A stretch of 64,000 nt of DNA, from contig JADHSZ010000007.1 in assembly GCA_016776635.1 (NCBI GenBank), forward strand, positions 1,066 to 65,065, given 5' to 3'. Positions within the stretch are counted from its first letter, which is position 1. Each line of letters opens with the position of its first letter. The position numbers and the translations under genes are program-made. Below are positions 7,502-16,391 of the stretch, in pieces. The DNA is from Alphaproteobacteria bacterium. GTDB lineage: Bacteria > Pseudomonadota > Alphaproteobacteria > UBA11136. A model generated the notes under the pieces. That model was given only the letters and a program-made list of their open reading frames with translations, was not told the origin of the DNA and ran no database searches.

Positions 7502-8707
7502 ATGCCAACAATCAAGCTGACAAAACGCAAGATAGACACACTCAAACCCGGCCCCAAAGACGTGTTTTATTGGGATGCTGAGATTAAAGGCTTCGGCCTC
7601 AAGGTCACCCCCAAGGGTAAGAAAACGTTCCTTGTTCAATACCGACCGGGTGGACGACATACGCCCACCAGAAAAGTCTTCATTGGGCCATACGGCAAGG
7701 TTACGCCCCACAAGGCACGGAGGGAGGCCACACGCTTTTTAGGGCTGGTTGCCGATGGAAAAGACCCTGCACTTGAAAAGCGTCAGGCACGGCAGCGGGC
7801 AATTACAGATCGCCTTTCCGACGTTGTTGAAGAATTTCTGAAAAAACACGCCGCCAAGAACAGGTCCGTTAAGGAAGTCGAGCGAATCTTCCGACACGAT
7901 GTCATCCCGGAATGGGAAAAACGCAGCATTCATGACATCGGAAAGCGAGACATCATCCACCTTGTTGAGAAGATTGAAGGCAGAGGGGCTCCGGTAATGG
8001 CTAAACGCCTCCTTGCCCATCTTAGAAAATTTTTCAACTGGTGTGTATCGCGTGACTACCTGCAAGTCTCCCCCTGCTCAGGGGTGGCGACATCATATCG
8101 TGAGAAAGCCCGTCATCGCGTGCTCACCGATGATGAACTCGTGGATATCATCAATGCCGCTCGCCAGATCGGCGGGATATACGGAGGGATTGTTCAGTTG
8201 CTCGTCTATACGGCCCAACGCCGAGCAGAAGTTTCAGAACTCCGCTGGGAGGAACTGGACCTGGACCAGAGCCTTTGGACCCTGCCTGGAGAGCGAACAA
8301 AAAATGGAAAGCCGCATTTTATCCACCTGTCCGAACAGGCCATGGAAGTATTAAAAGACATACCGAAAGTGGGGGAGTTCGTTTTTACGACAAATGGGCG
8401 TACGCCTTTCAGCGGTTTTTCAAAAGCGAAACGTCAGCTGGATGAACTCAGTACCGTTTCAGACTGGCGCCTTCACGACATCCGCCGGACAGCGACGACG
8501 GGAATTGCCCATCTCGGCATCCCTCCCCACATCGCCGACAAGGTTCTGAACCATCAGGGTGGAACCATCTCCGGCGTCGCAGCGGTTTACCAGCGTCACG
8601 ATTTCCTTGAAGAACGAAAGACTGCTCTTGATGCATGGGGGAACTATGTTCAGTCTTTGCTTGACGAAACTGACCGGGATAACGTCGTGAATATCCACGA
8701 AGGGTAA
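7502..8707 (+). CDS. int: Tyrosine recombinase / P4-type integrase with an N-terminal arm-binding (DUF4102-like) domain
   Basis: MPTIKLTKRKIDTLKPGPKDVFYWDAEIKGFGLKVTPKGKKTFLVQYR is a typical DUF4102 start. Catalytic region ..RRAEVSELRW.., ..HDIRRTATT.., ..LNHQGG..AAVYQRHD (R..HxxR..Y). Start moved from 7445 to the ATG at 7502. Confidence 0.9.
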   Translation: MPTIKLTKRKIDTLKPGPKDVFYWDAEIKGFGLKVTPKGKKTFLVQYRPGGRHTPTRKVFIGPYGKVTPHKARREATRFLGLVADGKDPALEKRQARQRAITDRLSDVVEEFLKKHAAKNRSVKEVERIFRHDVIPEWEKRSIHDIGKRDIIHLVEKIEGRGAPVMAKRLLAHLRKFFNWCVSRDYLQVSPCSGVATSYREKARHRVLTDDELVDIINAARQIGGIYGGIVQLLVYTAQRRAEVSELRWEELDLDQSLWTLPGERTKNGKPHFIHLSEQAMEVLKDIPKVGEFVFTTNGRTPFSGFSKAKRQLDELSTVSDWRLHDIRRTATTGIAHLGIPPHIADKVLNHQGGTISGVAAVYQRHDFLEERKTALDAWGNYVQSLLDETDRDNVVNIHEG

Positions 8708-8767
8708 GATTACCCTTGTCGGGAACACACCCCGCCCCCTCCGGGTGGTGGAAGGAAGGTAAAGAAG

Positions 8768-9196
8768 TTGCCAGACTATCCAAGTTGGTTGACGGATGAG
8801 GTGGATAAGATGCTTCTCAGTGAAGCGAATGCCGACGGATTTTATGAGGCACTTCAACAACTCCCCGACCATACCCAGAATCTCATTAGAGAAGTCCTGA
8901 CCCGGAGGAACAATATCGAATCACGTCAGGGCCATCGAGGCTCTCCTGCATCAGATATCAATGCCCTTTATCCCACTGTCTTATTTCTTATCCTGAATGG
9001 GCTATCTGCCAATGAAGCGTGGACGTTAATTCAAGATAAAATTCCGGGGCGAGACTCAAAGAACGCAAACCGCCAGCTGAACCGCGCCAGAAGCGAGATT
9101 GAAAAGACGCTCCATACCGCCTCCAGCTCTATCGTGGCAGGCAATCCAAGCCGGTTTCGGACAGCCTACAAAAACCTCCAAAAACTTCTCGAATAG
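8768..9196 (+). CDS. Hypothetical island protein
   Basis: 142-aa ORF with a TTG start preceded by GGAAGGAAGG. AT-rich codon usage like the rest of the island. No motif recognised. Confidence 0.5.
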   Translation: MPDYPSWLTDEVDKMLLSEANADGFYEALQQLPDHTQNLIREVLTRRNNIESRQGHRGSPASDINALYPTVLFLILNGLSANEAWTLIQDKIPGRDSKNANRQLNRARSEIEKTLHTASSSIVAGNPSRFRTAYKNLQKLLE

Positions 9197-9266
9197 TGTC
9201 CCTATCTGAAGGCCTTAATCAGTAGGACCATTCTCCGTGATTCTAAACCGTTAAGGAGAAGGTCAA

Positions 9267-9506
9267 ATGATTGAGAACACTACCCCTGAATTGCTGCCCT
9301 TGCCTGAGGATGACGACACCCTGATTCGCAGGGCCGATCTCCCCCGGTACATCCCCATCGCCGCCCAGACCCTCGCCCGTTGGGCCGTAGAGGGCCAAGG
9401 GCCACGCTTCATCAAGGTAGGTCGCCGCCTGGTTGCCTACCGTGCTGGCGATCTCAGAGAGTGGCTCCAGAGCCGGACCCGAGAGAACACCATCGCCGCG
9501 ACCTAA
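9267..9506 (+). CDS. AlpA/excisionase-family helix-turn-helix protein
   Basis: LIRRADLPRYIPIAAQTLARWAVEGQGPRFIKVGRRLVAYRAGDLREWL matches the AlpA/MerR-like excisionase pattern. The position after int is typical of P4-like islands. Confidence 0.75.
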   Translation: MIENTTPELLPLPEDDDTLIRRADLPRYIPIAAQTLARWAVEGQGPRFIKVGRRLVAYRAGDLREWLQSRTRENTIAAT

Positions 9507-9630
9507 AAAGAAACCCGCACCGAGGATCGGCACTGGTTAAGACATTGATTCAACACGGATATTATACCAAGTCCGCTCTCTGCCTTCAAGCGTCCCGTGA
9601 CCTTTGGTGCCTAAATTAGGGCATTAGCAG

Positions 9631-11232
9631 ATGACCGAATTTGACAGGCTCGAGAACCTTCCCGTGATTCCAGTCGGGCATGCGGGAACCAAGACGTTCT
9701 TCTATTTCGTCCGAAGTACCCGCCAAATCGTAGCCTTGACGTGGAGAAGCCATACTCAAAACCAGTTTCTCGCTATGGCTGAGGAAGCCGATTGGCTTCA
9801 CTATGGCCGCATCCGACTGATTCATGGCTCCATTGATTGGAGTGCATTGGCCGAAAGCCTAATGGCCCATTGCCGAGAAGAGGGCATATACGATCCCTCG
9901 CTCACACGTGGCCGTGGAGCCTGGCGCGACGATAACAGCATCATCTACCACGCCGGTGACACCTTATATGTGAATGGCAAGCGCACACAATTCGAAGCCT
10001 TCACCAAAACCAAATATCGCTATCTCGGTGCGCTCAAAACCACCCATCCAGCCCAAGATGCAGCCACAATTGGAGATTGCGAGGAACTGCTGTCATTCAT
10101 AGAAACTTGGGGTTGGGAATGGCCGGTTCTCGCACCTAAAATTATTCTTGGATGGATTGGTTGTGCTTTGATTTGCGGCGCACTCAAATGGCGTCCTCAT
10201 CTCTGGATAACGGGAACCAAGGGTAGTGGCAAAAGCACCCTGGACGGCTTAATAGCCAGCATTCTGGGGGACCTAGCCGTACATGTCCAAGGCAGTACGA
10301 CTGAACCAGGTCTTCGTCAGGTCCTTAACGGTGATGCCCGTCCAGTTCTATTCGATGAGTTTGAAGCCGAGAACAGCAATGCAAAGGCCGTTATCGACGC
10401 CGCCCGTTCTGCTGCCAGCGATAACGCCGCTCCAGTCGTCAAAGGCACACCAGAAGGAAAGCCGATATTCTACAAACTCCGATTTGCAGCAATGTTTTCC
10501 GGCATCATCGCCAATGTCCAACGAGACGCCGATAAATCCCGCATGGTTATCCTCGAAATGCATCCTCTCAGGCGGGATGAGAACCAGCGAAGACGTTTAA
10601 TCATTGGTCTGGACCGCTTTGCCAACGATTTCGGGCCTAGGCTATTACGGCGAATGCTGGATTCCCTCACGAATGGTAAGTTCGACGACGCCCTCTTAAC
10701 TCTATTAACGGCAATCCGTCTAGAGGGTGGAGATGAACGGAAAGCTGATGTTTTTGCTCATCTACTTGCGGCCAACCACGTTCTAATCCGTGATGATGTG
10801 CTCACCGAAAACGAAGCCAGAGCACAAGCGGCCTTAATCACCGAACTGGATGTGGATGAACCATCTGACGAGGAAGCCTGTCTTTCCCATCTCATCGGTC
10901 ATCGCGTCACGGTGGACTACGGATACACCCGAACCTTAGGAGAATGGCTAATCAATATCCATGAAGACAAGCCCTCTGGCCCAACAGCCGATGCGGTTCG
11001 TATGGAACTCGAAAGGCATGGCGTGAAGACCGAAGGGAACACAATCAAGGTCGCCAACGCAACATTAGGAATCAAGGCTATCTACGCTGGCACCCGCTGG
11101 GCCAACGGTTCACATTGGCGCATCCTCCACCGCCTACCAAGGGCTAGGGCAGGAGGCAACGCTAGGTTCGCTGGTGACCAGAGCAAATGTACGGTCATCC
11201 CGTGGAACACGATGATGCCGGTCGAGGAGTGA
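9631..11232 (+). CDS. P-loop NTPase, putative island replication helicase (SF3 / P4-alpha / DUF927-like)
   Basis: Walker A ITGTKGSGKSTL. Walker B PVLFDEFEAEN. Motif-C-like AMFSGIIANVQ. ..GRGAWRDD..IYHAGD.. lies upstream. The position (int-alpA-helicase) is typical. Family assignment is by eye. Confidence 0.6.
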   Translation: MTEFDRLENLPVIPVGHAGTKTFFYFVRSTRQIVALTWRSHTQNQFLAMAEEADWLHYGRIRLIHGSIDWSALAESLMAHCREEGIYDPSLTRGRGAWRDDNSIIYHAGDTLYVNGKRTQFEAFTKTKYRYLGALKTTHPAQDAATIGDCEELLSFIETWGWEWPVLAPKIILGWIGCALICGALKWRPHLWITGTKGSGKSTLDGLIASILGDLAVHVQGSTTEPGLRQVLNGDARPVLFDEFEAENSNAKAVIDAARSAASDNAAPVVKGTPEGKPIFYKLRFAAMFSGIIANVQRDADKSRMVILEMHPLRRDENQRRRLIIGLDRFANDFGPRLLRRMLDSLTNGKFDDALLTLLTAIRLEGGDERKADVFAHLLAANHVLIRDDVLTENEARAQAALITELDVDEPSDEEACLSHLIGHRVTVDYGYTRTLGEWLINIHEDKPSGPTADAVRMELERHGVKTEGNTIKVANATLGIKAIYAGTRWANGSHWRILHRLPRARAGGNARFAGDQSKCTVIPWNTMMPVEE

Positions 11233-11243
11233 TGCTCAGGCAA

Positions 11244-11409
11244 AACTGTCCCAACTGTCCCGCTACCGTACCGACCACACCCATTGATTACCTTAGGCTT
11301 GGGACAGATGGGACGGTTGGGACAGGAGAATAAGAAGAAGATTGAATCGAATAGATAGGGAGTCAAACTTCAGTAGTTTCTCTCTTCAGAGTGTACCGAT
11401 TGTCCCAAG
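11244..11409. repeat. Iteron-like 9-mer cluster directly downstream of the helicase-like gene
   Basis: AACTGTCCC x2 in tandem (11244-11261). In opposite orientation: TTGGGACAG, ATGGGACGG, TTGGGACAG in tandem (11299-11325). A further TTGTCCCAAG (11400-11409) is flanked by GTGTACCG x2. Confidence 0.6.
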
Positions 11410-11465
11410 TGTACCGGGATGACACACAGGCATCGGAAAAACCATAAAATCTCAACACTTCCCTG

Positions 11466-12026
11466 CTAAAAGGCGCCAATTTTTTCCGCAGCCCTCCACC
11501 ATGAACTGCTTTTATCATCAAGAAACTTTTTTAATTTTCCCATACACGTAGAATTATCCATCAATTGTCTAATTTCTGGGTTGGCATCAAAATTAAAGAA
11601 TTTTATAGCGTTCCACCCTACCAGCTCTAAACTTCTCTCCTCACCGAGAGCTAGCCTATCGTCCTGGTATTGTATGTTTTCAAGAATAGAGCTCACTGTT
11701 GTTTTCATCGCTTCTCCAGTCGGCTCCTGCAGTCGTTGTTTCAATGCCCTAATAGATTCCGAGCCAATATCTCTCGCAAGCTCTTCGTCAAACTTATATT
11801 TAACTTTAATTAACTCGAAGCTGAATAAAGCAGAGAGTAAAACCAAATCAGGTGGAGCTGCGTTGATAACTTCCGCACTCCTTTCCGCTTCAACGTCCTC
11901 ATCCATTAACAACTGTAAGATTAATTGAACAAATTCTTTGTATGAGTTTTCCGTCTCTTCTACCATTGCTTCGACAAATTTGTCCGCCGCTCTTTTGATT
12001 TTCCCGCGCCTTCCAAACCCAAGCAT
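11466..12026 (-). CDS. Hypothetical cytoplasmic protein (helical, acidic)
   Basis: 186-aa ORF in island-type codon usage. No signal peptide and no recognised motif. Confidence 0.5.
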   Translation of the reverse strand: MLGFGRRGKIKRAADKFVEAMVEETENSYKEFVQLILQLLMDEDVEAERSAEVINAAPPDLVLLSALFSFELIKVKYKFDEELARDIGSESIRALKQRLQEPTGEAMKTTVSSILENIQYQDDRLALGEERSLELVGWNAIKFFNFDANPEIRQLMDNSTCMGKLKKFLDDKSSSWWRAAEKIGAF

Positions 12027-12086
12027 CGCGCCCTCCCATTTTACCTTCTAGAAGTTATGAGCACCTACTACAGCGTGTTTGGAAAA

Positions 12087-12239
12087 CTATTCTGACTTAT
12101 TCGAGTTTTGCGCGAACGCAACCACCGTAATCATCCCCATACAACCTAAAACAACCCAACCAACAGTCCCCCATGAGATGACATCAAAAAAGGCCAGTAT
12201 TATTGAAACTCCCGTCACCGCTGATGCCAATTGAGCCAT
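12087..12239 (-). CDS. Possible 50-aa membrane peptide
   Basis: Below the track cutoff. My translation is MAQLASAVTGVSIILAFFDVISWGTVGWVVLGCMGMITVVAFAQNSNKSE, preceded by GGAGGAGATA. It lies downstream of the 12288-12563 membrane protein on the same strand. Confidence 0.35.
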   Translation of the reverse strand: MAQLASAVTGVSIILAFFDVISWGTVGWVVLGCMGMITVVAFAQNSNKSE

Positions 12240-12287
12240 TATCTCCTCCTATCTGTCTAATTATGGAAAGTGTAGGAACCACACACT

Positions 12288-12563
12288 TCACTGATACCAA
12301 AGGTAAAATAACCAAGGGAGAAATTCGCTTGGATCCTGAATCATTACATAAATTCCATACGGCCATACAGCCCCACGAAGGAATGCAAAAAATACCCCTA
12401 GAGCAAAGCCTATAATCGAAGTGCCAAACCCAAGGTTCCAAAAGGCACCAGGACCAAATCCATAATAGACCGCGGCTGAACACATGCTTATGGAGGCGAT
12501 ACCAGCCCCAATAAGAAAGTATGCCGTAGCAATATTGCCAATTAGAGATTTTTGTTCAGTCAT
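12288..12563 (-). CDS. Small integral membrane protein
   Basis: MTEQKSLIGNIATAYFLIGAGIASISMCSAAVYYGFGPGAFWNLGFGTSIIGFALGVFFAFLRGAVW has 2-3 hydrophobic helices. Start moved to the ATG at 12563. Confidence 0.5.
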   Translation of the reverse strand: MTEQKSLIGNIATAYFLIGAGIASISMCSAAVYYGFGPGAFWNLGFGTSIIGFALGVFFAFLRGAVWPYGIYVMIQDPSEFLPWLFYLWYQ

Positions 12564-12600
12564 CCTGCCCCCCCCCAACATCACCCCTGTTTAAATAAAA

Positions 12601-13149
12601 TCACCTAGTAGGCTTAACAGAGTTATCCAGAAAATTCTCCATTGTGGCTGATGGAGAAAGCGATGCTGGCTCACCAACAGCGACCATCATCGTTGATCTC
12701 TGGCCTAAATACATCCGCGCTTGAAATGCAGCATTTATCTGCTCTCCCGCCTCAACAAGAACACGCCTACCAATCATCCTTAGCGTCACATGATTACCTT
12801 GCTCTTCCCAATACATTTGCGAGTTTTTAAGATTAGTCATCTTTAGCCACTCGGCCATAGCCCACTCGGCCATTTTTTGCTTCTGGCTCGTCGTAGCATC
12901 TGGAGTTAACCGAAACGAAGTATCACATTGGGCAACAAATAATCGGCCAGAGCGATTGTCTCCAGCCTGCACCATATAGGTATTGGAATACAGATCATTG
13001 CCCAACGCCTGGACAACCTTCTTTACGGATGGCCGAAATGGAAAATCGACTTTGAACTCGCATTCTTTGTTAGAAAATTCAAACGCAAGTGATTCGCCGG
13101 AAATAATGGTCCCAAGCAAGATAAGTGTAATAACCCCGAACAACTGCAT
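12601..13149 (-). CDS. Exported hypothetical protein
   Basis: N-terminal signal-like MQLFGVITLILLGTIISGESLA. 182 aa. No motif recognised. Confidence 0.5.
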   Translation of the reverse strand: MQLFGVITLILLGTIISGESLAFEFSNKECEFKVDFPFRPSVKKVVQALGNDLYSNTYMVQAGDNRSGRLFVAQCDTSFRLTPDATTSQKQKMAEWAMAEWLKMTNLKNSQMYWEEQGNHVTLRMIGRRVLVEAGEQINAAFQARMYLGQRSTMMVAVGEPASLSPSATMENFLDNSVKPTR

Positions 13150-13470
13150 AACTGCAAATCCACTCCCTAGGGTGTGTGTGTCTCCGACCTGCAGCCAACA
13201 GTAAGCCCCCTAGGGCCAACAAGTCATTTATTATTGAGCCGCTAGCATCGCCGTTTTCGAGGTGCACACGTATAACCGTATAACTTTCAGCCCATTTCCG
13301 ATAACCAGAACGTCTGAAAGCACCTAAACCTCAACAGAGATTCCGGTAATTGCTCCCTAATCCGGAAATTCAGGGGGAAAACTGGTAAAAAATAGTAAAA
13401 GTTACACGTGATTTGGGGTGGGCTAGTGTGTGCTGTTTTGTCCCGAAGGGACACGCCGTAAGATGGTGAA

Positions 13471-13992
13471 ATGTTAGCTAAAGCCTATTTCATAAGATCA
13501 CTTTCCTTATGTGCAGTATGTGCAGTGGCCGTTTTGCTCATCTCAGGGTGTGCAGCTACCGGCACAGCATATACAGAAGCAAAGTCTACAATCCCATCAT
13601 TGGAAGTTGGGAAAGCTCGTCTATATTTCATGCGGGAAAGCTCTTTCATAAATTCCATCATAGCGGCACGAATTCATGCCAATGGCGTTAGAGTGGTAGA
13701 GCTGAATATGAGCGGCTTTGCCTACGCCGATCTGCCTGCGGGTGAAATTCTTATTATGATTGACGATCTGCTAAACCCTGGTGAATCGAGACAAATGATC
13801 AATATAGAAAGTGGCAAGACGTACTATTTCCTGGTTGCTAACAACTCTAGCAATGTCATGGCTGGGGCGATTGGAGGTTTCATCGGTGCGGTGTCAGAAG
13901 GCGGTGGGCGTTTCGCCTTTTACAGAATTTCTGAAGAGATGGCCTTGGAACAACTCAAAATAAAGAAGCTAAGCGGAACTTCGCCACCGTAG
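13471..13992 (+). CDS. Lipoprotein (DUF2846-like by eye)
   Basis: Lipobox LLISGC after a hydrophobic N-terminus. ..GKARLYFMRESSFINSIIAARIHANG..VELNMSGFAYADLPAGE.. resembles DUF2846 lipoproteins. Confidence 0.55.
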   Translation: MLAKAYFIRSLSLCAVCAVAVLLISGCAATGTAYTEAKSTIPSLEVGKARLYFMRESSFINSIIAARIHANGVRVVELNMSGFAYADLPAGEILIMIDDLLNPGESRQMINIESGKTYYFLVANNSSNVMAGAIGGFIGAVSEGGGRFAFYRISEEMALEQLKIKKLSGTSPP

Positions 13993-14061
13993 AGAATTTA
14001 ATAGAACTGAAAAATACAGCTATTGTCCACTACTGAACGATAACAGACATCAAGCAATAGA

Positions 14062-14090
14062 CCCCGCCAGTTTCTAACAGCGGGGCCTTT
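14062..14090. terminator. Candidate hairpin terminator between convergent genes
   Basis: ccccgc (14062-14067) pairs with gcgggg (14080-14085) across a 12-nt loop, followed by cctttgtg. The stem is weak and the loop long. Confidence 0.3.
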
Positions 14091-14141
14091 GTGGGGAGAA
14101 AATTAAAGAGCCTGTTAAGTGATTTTGCAGCTTCGGGAAAA

Positions 14142-14819
14142 CTAGAATCTCGCTCCTAGCACAGCAAGGCCGGAGAAATTCCTAAATTCAACATCTGCAC
14201 TGAATAGCGTCGCGTCCGTTAGGAAGTAGGAACCTCTTGCTCCAATGTAGACCCTATCCGTGATGTCGTAGTCCCCACCAAGAAAGACCTGTCCAGCAAA
14301 ATTAGTATCACTATCATCTGCAGAACCAGTAGCCTGAAAAGTTGTCCCGTTAACGGTAACGGTAACACCGGCACTAATATCAGCGGAGGATTTTGCGAAG
14401 CCAATACCGCCCCCGATGTAAGGGTGAAATTTTGCGTTGAACAGTTTCCCCTTGTTATCACGAAGAGCAGCATTAACGAGAAACGCATCAATTTCGGGAT
14501 CAATATCAAGAAATCCCGTCAGAGTAGCGTTGAGAAAGGTCGCCGATGCAGTTTCACTGTAGTCCGAGTCCTGAAGACGAAGATATTGCAGCCCAAGGGA
14601 CAGGTTCTCATGAAAAGCATTATCAACCCAGAGACCCAAGCCTAGAGCCAGGCCAGTATCCGTATCGAGATCATCGGTGACACCCGCAAACTCGACCTCG
14701 GGGTCTCCTCCATGAAATCCCAACTCGAATTCAGCCCTTATATCTTTAGCTTGCACAAAATGTGTGTTTGCCGCGAAGGCCACAAAAAATAGTGCGGGGA
14801 GCAGGTAATTATATTTCAT
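14142..14819 (-). CDS. Small outer-membrane beta-barrel protein (OmpA-N/OmpW-like porin family)
   Basis: Signal peptide MKYNYLLPALFFVAFAANTHFVQA. Alternating hydrophobic beta-strand pattern, Gly/aromatic rich. C-terminal ...LAVLGARF ends in Phe, as in OMP sorting signals. Start moved to the ATG at 14819. Confidence 0.65.
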   Translation of the reverse strand: MKYNYLLPALFFVAFAANTHFVQAKDIRAEFELGFHGGDPEVEFAGVTDDLDTDTGLALGLGLWVDNAFHENLSLGLQYLRLQDSDYSETASATFLNATLTGFLDIDPEIDAFLVNAALRDNKGKLFNAKFHPYIGGGIGFAKSSADISAGVTVTVNGTTFQATGSADDSDTNFAGQVFLGGDYDITDRVYIGARGSYFLTDATLFSADVEFRNFSGLAVLGARF

Positions 14820-15038
14820 AGGCTTATTAATTATTAAGCGCCTAGTTGTAACCACCTATGGTGGCATGCGGCACATACCATTAATACCTAAAATATATAA
14901 AGGTGATCTTTTTTTTCGAGGGTGTGTCCAACAAAGCACAGCACCTAACGGGGTCAGGCCAAGTCGGAACTAACACAAATGAACAACTTTCTGCGGTCAC
15001 GATTTCATACCAGTGGGTATCCTGCTAAGCTAGTTTCT

Positions 15039-15302
15039 ATGAATCGTCTGCTGTACATTCCCTGCACTGCTGCTGCTGCTGTTGTTCTTCTTATTGGATG
15101 CTCGACTTATGGCCCCTACACCGGGTCCTCTACCTATGGAGGCGGTGATGCGAATGGCGTGACAGTGTATAAAACCATCCATAGCACTCAAGATCAGGTG
15201 GATACGGAGGCGGTGCTTCATTGCAAGAAATTTAACAAAGTGTCACGCCAACTAAGCTGCAGCGATATTCTAGTAAATAGTTGCACCTATGTTTGCGAGT
15301 AG
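15039..15302 (+). CDS. Small lipoprotein
   Basis: MNRLLYIPCTAAAAVVLLIGCSTYG contains the lipobox LLIGC. 87 aa with four further Cys. Confidence 0.45.
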   Translation: MNRLLYIPCTAAAAVVLLIGCSTYGPYTGSSTYGGGDANGVTVYKTIHSTQDQVDTEAVLHCKKFNKVSRQLSCSDILVNSCTYVCE

Positions 15303-15446
15303 CCTGCCGGAAAAAAAATACCGAGATGGCCAACTCAGTGTGAAGCTTGGCTTGTACACTAAGTGCTTTTATTCACTAATTTGAAACTGCGAGCGTCGGC
15401 CGGCCATTAATTAGGCCAGCCACGCAGCTAAGCAAAGCCTGCTTGA

Positions 15447-16391
15447 TTATCTTGGCAAGGCTAAAAACGTCCCACCGTTTCTTTTAGCCACTTCCCTCAT
15501 CAAGATAGGGAATCGGTTTGTTGAATACCGTGAACTAAAGCCAATACCGTGGATCTTAGCTAACCGCTTTCCGGTCCTTTTGTTGGTATTAAGGCCCCTT
15601 AAGGTTTGAATGACTGAATCATATGAAGAACCCGTATAATCATCGCCAAATACGTATATTGATAAGCTGATATTGGGGTTCGCATATTTTCTAAGCGCCA
15701 CTGTTAGCCCCTCAACAGGACTACTGTTAGACGCACTGTTCCAATTTTTAAAAACCCCAGAAATTCTCTTTCGTCTTTGTGGGGTGTCAGGAATCCATTT
15801 TCCAGCATAGCCTGATATTAAGTGGGTGCCATTATCATTCAAAACCTGAAACCCCTTCACCTTCGGGTGAATATCTAAGACCTTGATAAACTCGGCCATT
15901 ACCCGAGACCAAATATCTTTCATGCTGCCAGATGTATCGACAATGAAAATTACGTAATCACTGTCAACGGGAATGCCGCCAACTTCCTCATCTCTTTTCA
16001 CCGCTGTATTTTGGGAAATTGATGCTCTTTTGAGTGACGATTGAACAAGCTCTAAGCCTACAATGTCACTTTCAAGTTTTTGTTTTTTGTCAGCACTCTG
16101 CTCTGAGGTCTGGTCACTTTGCTCCACCTGTTCGGTGAGTTCGGCCCTTAAAGCCTGTTCCTGATCCAGACGTTTTTTTTCAGCTTCGAGCTGCTGGGTA
16201 AGTTCGGTTATTTTCGTTTCGGCAGCAATTACCTTCCTTAGAAGAGCCTGGCTATCCTCCTGTTCGGAAGGAGCTGCAGCTTCTGGTGGTTTATAAAGCA
16301 GCACCAACAAAACAACTGCGCCAAACCCACATGAGACAACATCTAGGAAAGATATGTTGAAGATTTCAAAACTGCGTTTGGGGCGTTTCAT
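15447..16391 (-). CDS. ExbD/TolR-like TM segment + coiled coil + von Willebrand factor A (vWA) domain protein
   Basis: N-terminus MKRPKRSFEIFNISFLDVVSCGFGAVVLLVLL resembles the Asp-containing ExbD/TolR helix. A Q/E/K-rich heptad region follows. vWA MIDAS DTSGSM ... VFGDD. The ATG at 16391 overlaps the upstream stop as ATGA. Confidence 0.75.
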   Translation of the reverse strand: MKRPKRSFEIFNISFLDVVSCGFGAVVLLVLLYKPPEAAAPSEQEDSQALLRKVIAAETKITELTQQLEAEKKRLDQEQALRAELTEQVEQSDQTSEQSADKKQKLESDIVGLELVQSSLKRASISQNTAVKRDEEVGGIPVDSDYVIFIVDTSGSMKDIWSRVMAEFIKVLDIHPKVKGFQVLNDNGTHLISGYAGKWIPDTPQRRKRISGVFKNWNSASNSSPVEGLTVALRKYANPNISLSIYVFGDDYTGSSYDSVIQTLRGLNTNKRTGKRLAKIHGIGFSSRYSTNRFPILMREVAKRNGGTFLALPR

